NCBI GenBank assembly: GCA_964019425.1
Contig: OZ025781.1
Span: forward strand, 1,612,001 to 1,676,000
Length of the DNA: 64,000 nt
Reading direction: 5' to 3'
Source: Flectonema sp. DT1601
Taxonomy: Eukaryota
The translations under genes were made by a program, and so were the position numbers. Each line of letters opens with the position of its first letter. The stretch's first letter is position 1. Shown in pieces: positions 60,204 through 64,000 of the stretch. The notes under the pieces are model-generated. The model saw only the letters and a list, made by a program, of their open reading frames with translations, ran no database searches and was not told the DNA's origin.

Positions 60204-63200
60204 ATGTTTTTTTCAATAATTTTACTGATCTTGTTCCCATTTGTTGTCGGGATTACGAGCCCTGCTCAAAAAAAAGCTTTAGAAGATATTTATAATAATG
60301 CTTGGCCTATGAAGACTGATGCTTGCTGTAAAGCGGGAAAGAATAATTGCAGACCTTGTTCGTGGGGGAATTCAAATAACTGGATGAACGGTGACCCATG
60401 TGATAATAACTGGCACGGTATATCCTGTACAGGGTGTCCAGGAGCATGTAGAGTTATTCGTGTGTAGTTTTTTTTTTTTTTTTTTTTTTGATTATCAAAT
60501 ATTTTCCATAAAAATAAAAAAAACAGGAATTGACTTAACTAACAATCGACTTTATGGTAAGTTTCCAAATAACATATTAAAAGATTTACCGTTTCTACAG
60601 ATTTTACGACTACAACAGAATTCTCTAACCGGAACATTTCCTAATGAGCTAGCAGATGTACCTGAGCTTAAAGAACTAACATTAGGAGGTTCACACTCTG
60701 GTGCAATGCCTGAATGGACTGCTCATCCTGAAACCTACACTTTAATGCATTTTCATGGATCGTTTTCACAAAGTCAGTGGCAAGACATGTCGCAGCTAAC
60801 TGCTTTGGAAGAATTTCGGATTTGGAACACGCAAGTATCCGGAACTATACCTTCCTTTGATACTTTAACTAGCATGAGAAATTTGCATATTGATGACAAC
60901 GACAGGCTTGTTGGAACTATTCCTGACTTTTCGAGGGGTCCTACTGGTCAGTTTACCCTAATAGATGAGTTAGTTATTAGTAATAATGCGAAGGTTTCGG
61001 GTACCATTCCAGATTTCACTGATATGATTCATGCTGTTACTGTAAGAATAGATGAAATGCCTGGTGTCAAAGGAACAATACCAGCAGTAAACACTATGAC
61101 TGAGCTCGTTAACTTTGATCTTTCAGACAACAGAATACATGGAACTCTTCCTCCATTCAGTCCCTTAACAGAAAGTACTTTACAGAATGTAAATCTTGAA
61201 AATAATGTATTAAATGCTCTTGATAGTCTACTGGCACCGACTCCATCAAATTACTTGGCACTGCGAACACTTACTTTTGATCGTAATAAAATAACTGGTA
61301 CAGTACCTTGTCATAGAATTGCATGGCCACAGCTGGTTACCTTCAGAGGATTTAACAACAGGCTAACAGGAACCCTTCCATGTTTGGATAACTTAATGAA
61401 TTTGGCAGAGTACAGTATGAGTGAGAATGACTTTACTGGAAACTTACCAAATACAAATATCGGTGCTGGGTGTAAAATTTTCAAAATTGACAACAACAGG
61501 CTATCAGGTCCAATCCCTCAAGGATTTATAAACGGGTTTCACTTAGCTACGAGTATCTGGTTAGGGGCGAATGGTTTCACGGGTGTGATTCCAGAGCTTG
61601 CTCACATTTCAACGTTGGAAAATTTTCATGTTCATAGAAATTTTGGGTATAAAGAAATCAAACCAGTCTCAATAAAAGGTTACGGGTCTATTGACGTTAA
61701 CGTCGTAGCCGCTCTTGATGGTGACAGCAACACTGATTGGAATTGTTCTGCTGGAACTGGTGACAGCTGTCAAATACTAGTCGACTTTGGTAGACCCGTT
61801 TGTATTGAAAACATTAGAATACAAGAATCTAAACTCACAAGAGGAACCTTTGACTTAGAAAGAACTGAAAAAAGTTCAGAAGGATGTCCATTAAACATTA
61901 GAATATTCCAATCTGGTGTTAGTAATACGATGTCTTCTCTAACTGAACCAGTTGTTAGAAAAGAATGGACTAACTCAAACTTGGCTTCTCGAAGTGCAGG
62001 TAATGGAATTAACTATTGGTTTAACTGGCAGACGTGTTCTCCTGGGAGTTGGAGAAACATTGGAAGGGAAGGTACGATCACTAATGAAGATGGTAGCTGT
62101 TGGCACGAATCATCTCATGGTGAAGGTGGTTCATGGGATCCATATTGCAGAGACCAGACAAGGTATTGGAGAATAAATATCAGGAATTGTGCATCATTTC
62201 CTTGTAGAGTTGCTGAACTTAAATTCTTTGAAGGTGATCGGATGACGGGGACCATTCCGGTTCTTCCAAAATCTCTAAACACACTCTGGGCTTACGGCAA
62301 CCAACTGACTGGAACGATACCTCTCGTTGGACCTGCTTGGTCAGGAGAAATAAAAGTTCAGGACAACTGGTTGGATTCATTCACTCCTTTCTGTCCTGCT
62401 CTCACAAACACCCACAAAGTGTGGATGGATCACAACAGGCTCACGGGTACTATTCCTCCGATGAATTGTTTATCGACAGCTGAATCAATAAGACTGGGAC
62501 ACAACTCATTGACTGGTTTGTTTTATTTTATTTACTTAACACATTATACTACGACAACAAACAGTACAGCAACTAACTTTCAAAACAGGAACTATTCCGA
62601 GGTGTTCATGTGGTAAGCTGACTGAGTTGTTGTTGGATGGGAACGCTTGCTGTTTGGATCCTTTTCCGACTACTTCGGGTCACAATTCTTGGAGAGATGA
62701 TTTCTTAACGAGAGAACCAAAAATTACAACATACACAAACTGTCCGAGATTCCCTGGATTTGGTGGTTCTTGTCAACATGGTGGGTTAGAAGGACACCTA
62801 CCTGATTGGAGAACAATGCCAAACCTTATACGATTTGGAATTGATAACAACATCATTACAGGTCCATTGAATGCGAGTATCGATGCAGCAAAAGACTTAC
62901 GTTGGTTTCGAGCGAGAAACAACAGAATTTCAGGCACTCTTCCTTACGAGCAGATAATCGCAGCTGCCAACGCCAGCAACAACTGCCAAACTGTTTCGTG
63001 GTATCTCACAAATAATACACTTTGGGGTCCTGTTCCTGATCTACCAATGACACTAACAACTTGTACCAACTTTGTTGGTTGTAACTCTGGTCATCTGGAC
63101 GGAAGGAAGTTTTTCGATTTCATGATTGACTACAACTACTTATGGGGACCACTACCTACTAGATTCGAGAGAGTGAGAGATGATATTGTTGTTACTCACA

Positions 63201-64000
63201 ACTGTTGGGATTGTCCGATGCCGAGACAGGCTGTGTGGGGACCTCCTTTAAATGATATTCCTCAAACACGGAATCTTGGTGCCTGGGTTCCTAAGAAACT
63301 TTTACGAAAACCCGACTGCGCTGAGGGACCAAACGCCGCTGAGCGATACGAATTAGACGGCCCTTCTTGTCCTGCAGAACCTCCCTTTGCTCTTTATGAG
63401 CACGTCACGCGCTGTAGACCCCTCGTTAATATCACAGCAATCTACACTGAAGAAGAGATTCGTTCGAAGGCAAATTCTTTCGCGATATCTTTCTTTGAGG
63501 ATTCACCTCTTCCTTTTTGGGCACCAGGATTGTGGCAATGTAAGCTTTGTAATAATACGGAAGTAGGTCCTCAACAGGATTGCAGTACAGCTGTCTGTCC
63601 ATGGGGACCAGCAACTGCAGCTGGAACGCCAGCATGTCCGCTGAATGTTTCCACTGCATCTTGTCCGGGTGATGTTCCTTTAATTAATTGGCCCATGGCT
63701 GGAGCTAATGACAGTTGCCCTGTTGGGGTTAACGCCAGCTGTCCAAAAAATGTTTGCTTACCTGATTTGAATATGGGAGCGAACTGTAATGCTGTTGCAA
63801 CTGTTTGCCCTAAAATGGGTGAATGCCCACAAGATGTTATCTGTGAGCTAAATAACACTTGTCCTTTTGGTAATCTTGGAGCACAATATAATGACACACC
63901 AATGGGATGTGATGTAACTTCTCATATAATGCCAGCACCAAATGGGACTTGTCGAATTGATGCAAATAATGGATCTTGTCCTGCAGGTGATTGCAACCAT
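60204..64000 (+). CDS. Secreted/surface plant-type LRR protein with an inserted discoidin-like domain and Cys-rich region; introns 60460-60526 and 62516-62588; runs off the window
   Basis: Signal peptide, LRRNT cap (DPCDNNWHGISC), many LxxNxLxGxIP repeats. Frame stays open from 62589 to the window end. Confidence 0.88.

Overview
Eukaryotic, AT-rich nuclear DNA. About 19 protein genes all lie on the + strand, with short GT-AG introns and intergenic tracts rich in homopolymers. The single orientation, the sequence of the LSU rRNA fragments, a trypanosome-type PKA regulatory subunit and a receptor-cyclase-like gene point to a euglenozoan, probably a diplonemid (inference). Recognisable genes: METTL2/6-type tRNA methyltransferase, PKA-R-like protein, DHHC palmitoyltransferase, CSN4, STE11-type MAPKKK, acid ceramidase/NAAA, PACRG, an LVIVD propeller and LRR proteins. 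Main unusual signals: (1) Three non-autonomous DNA transposons cluster at 980-4413. Two have unrelated TIRs yet carry the same tRNA-derived Pol III module, and one also carries scrambled 28S rRNA pieces. (2) Coding introns have a U-rich 5' arm and an A-rich 3' arm that can fold back on each other. They have no polypyrimidine tract, whereas the acceptors just before start codons are pyrimidine-rich. (3) Five separate ORFs at 48116-59403, plus one small exon missing from the ORF track, splice into one predicted ~3,600 aa multipass membrane protein. All intron and gene models were read by hand from the sequence and are unverified.
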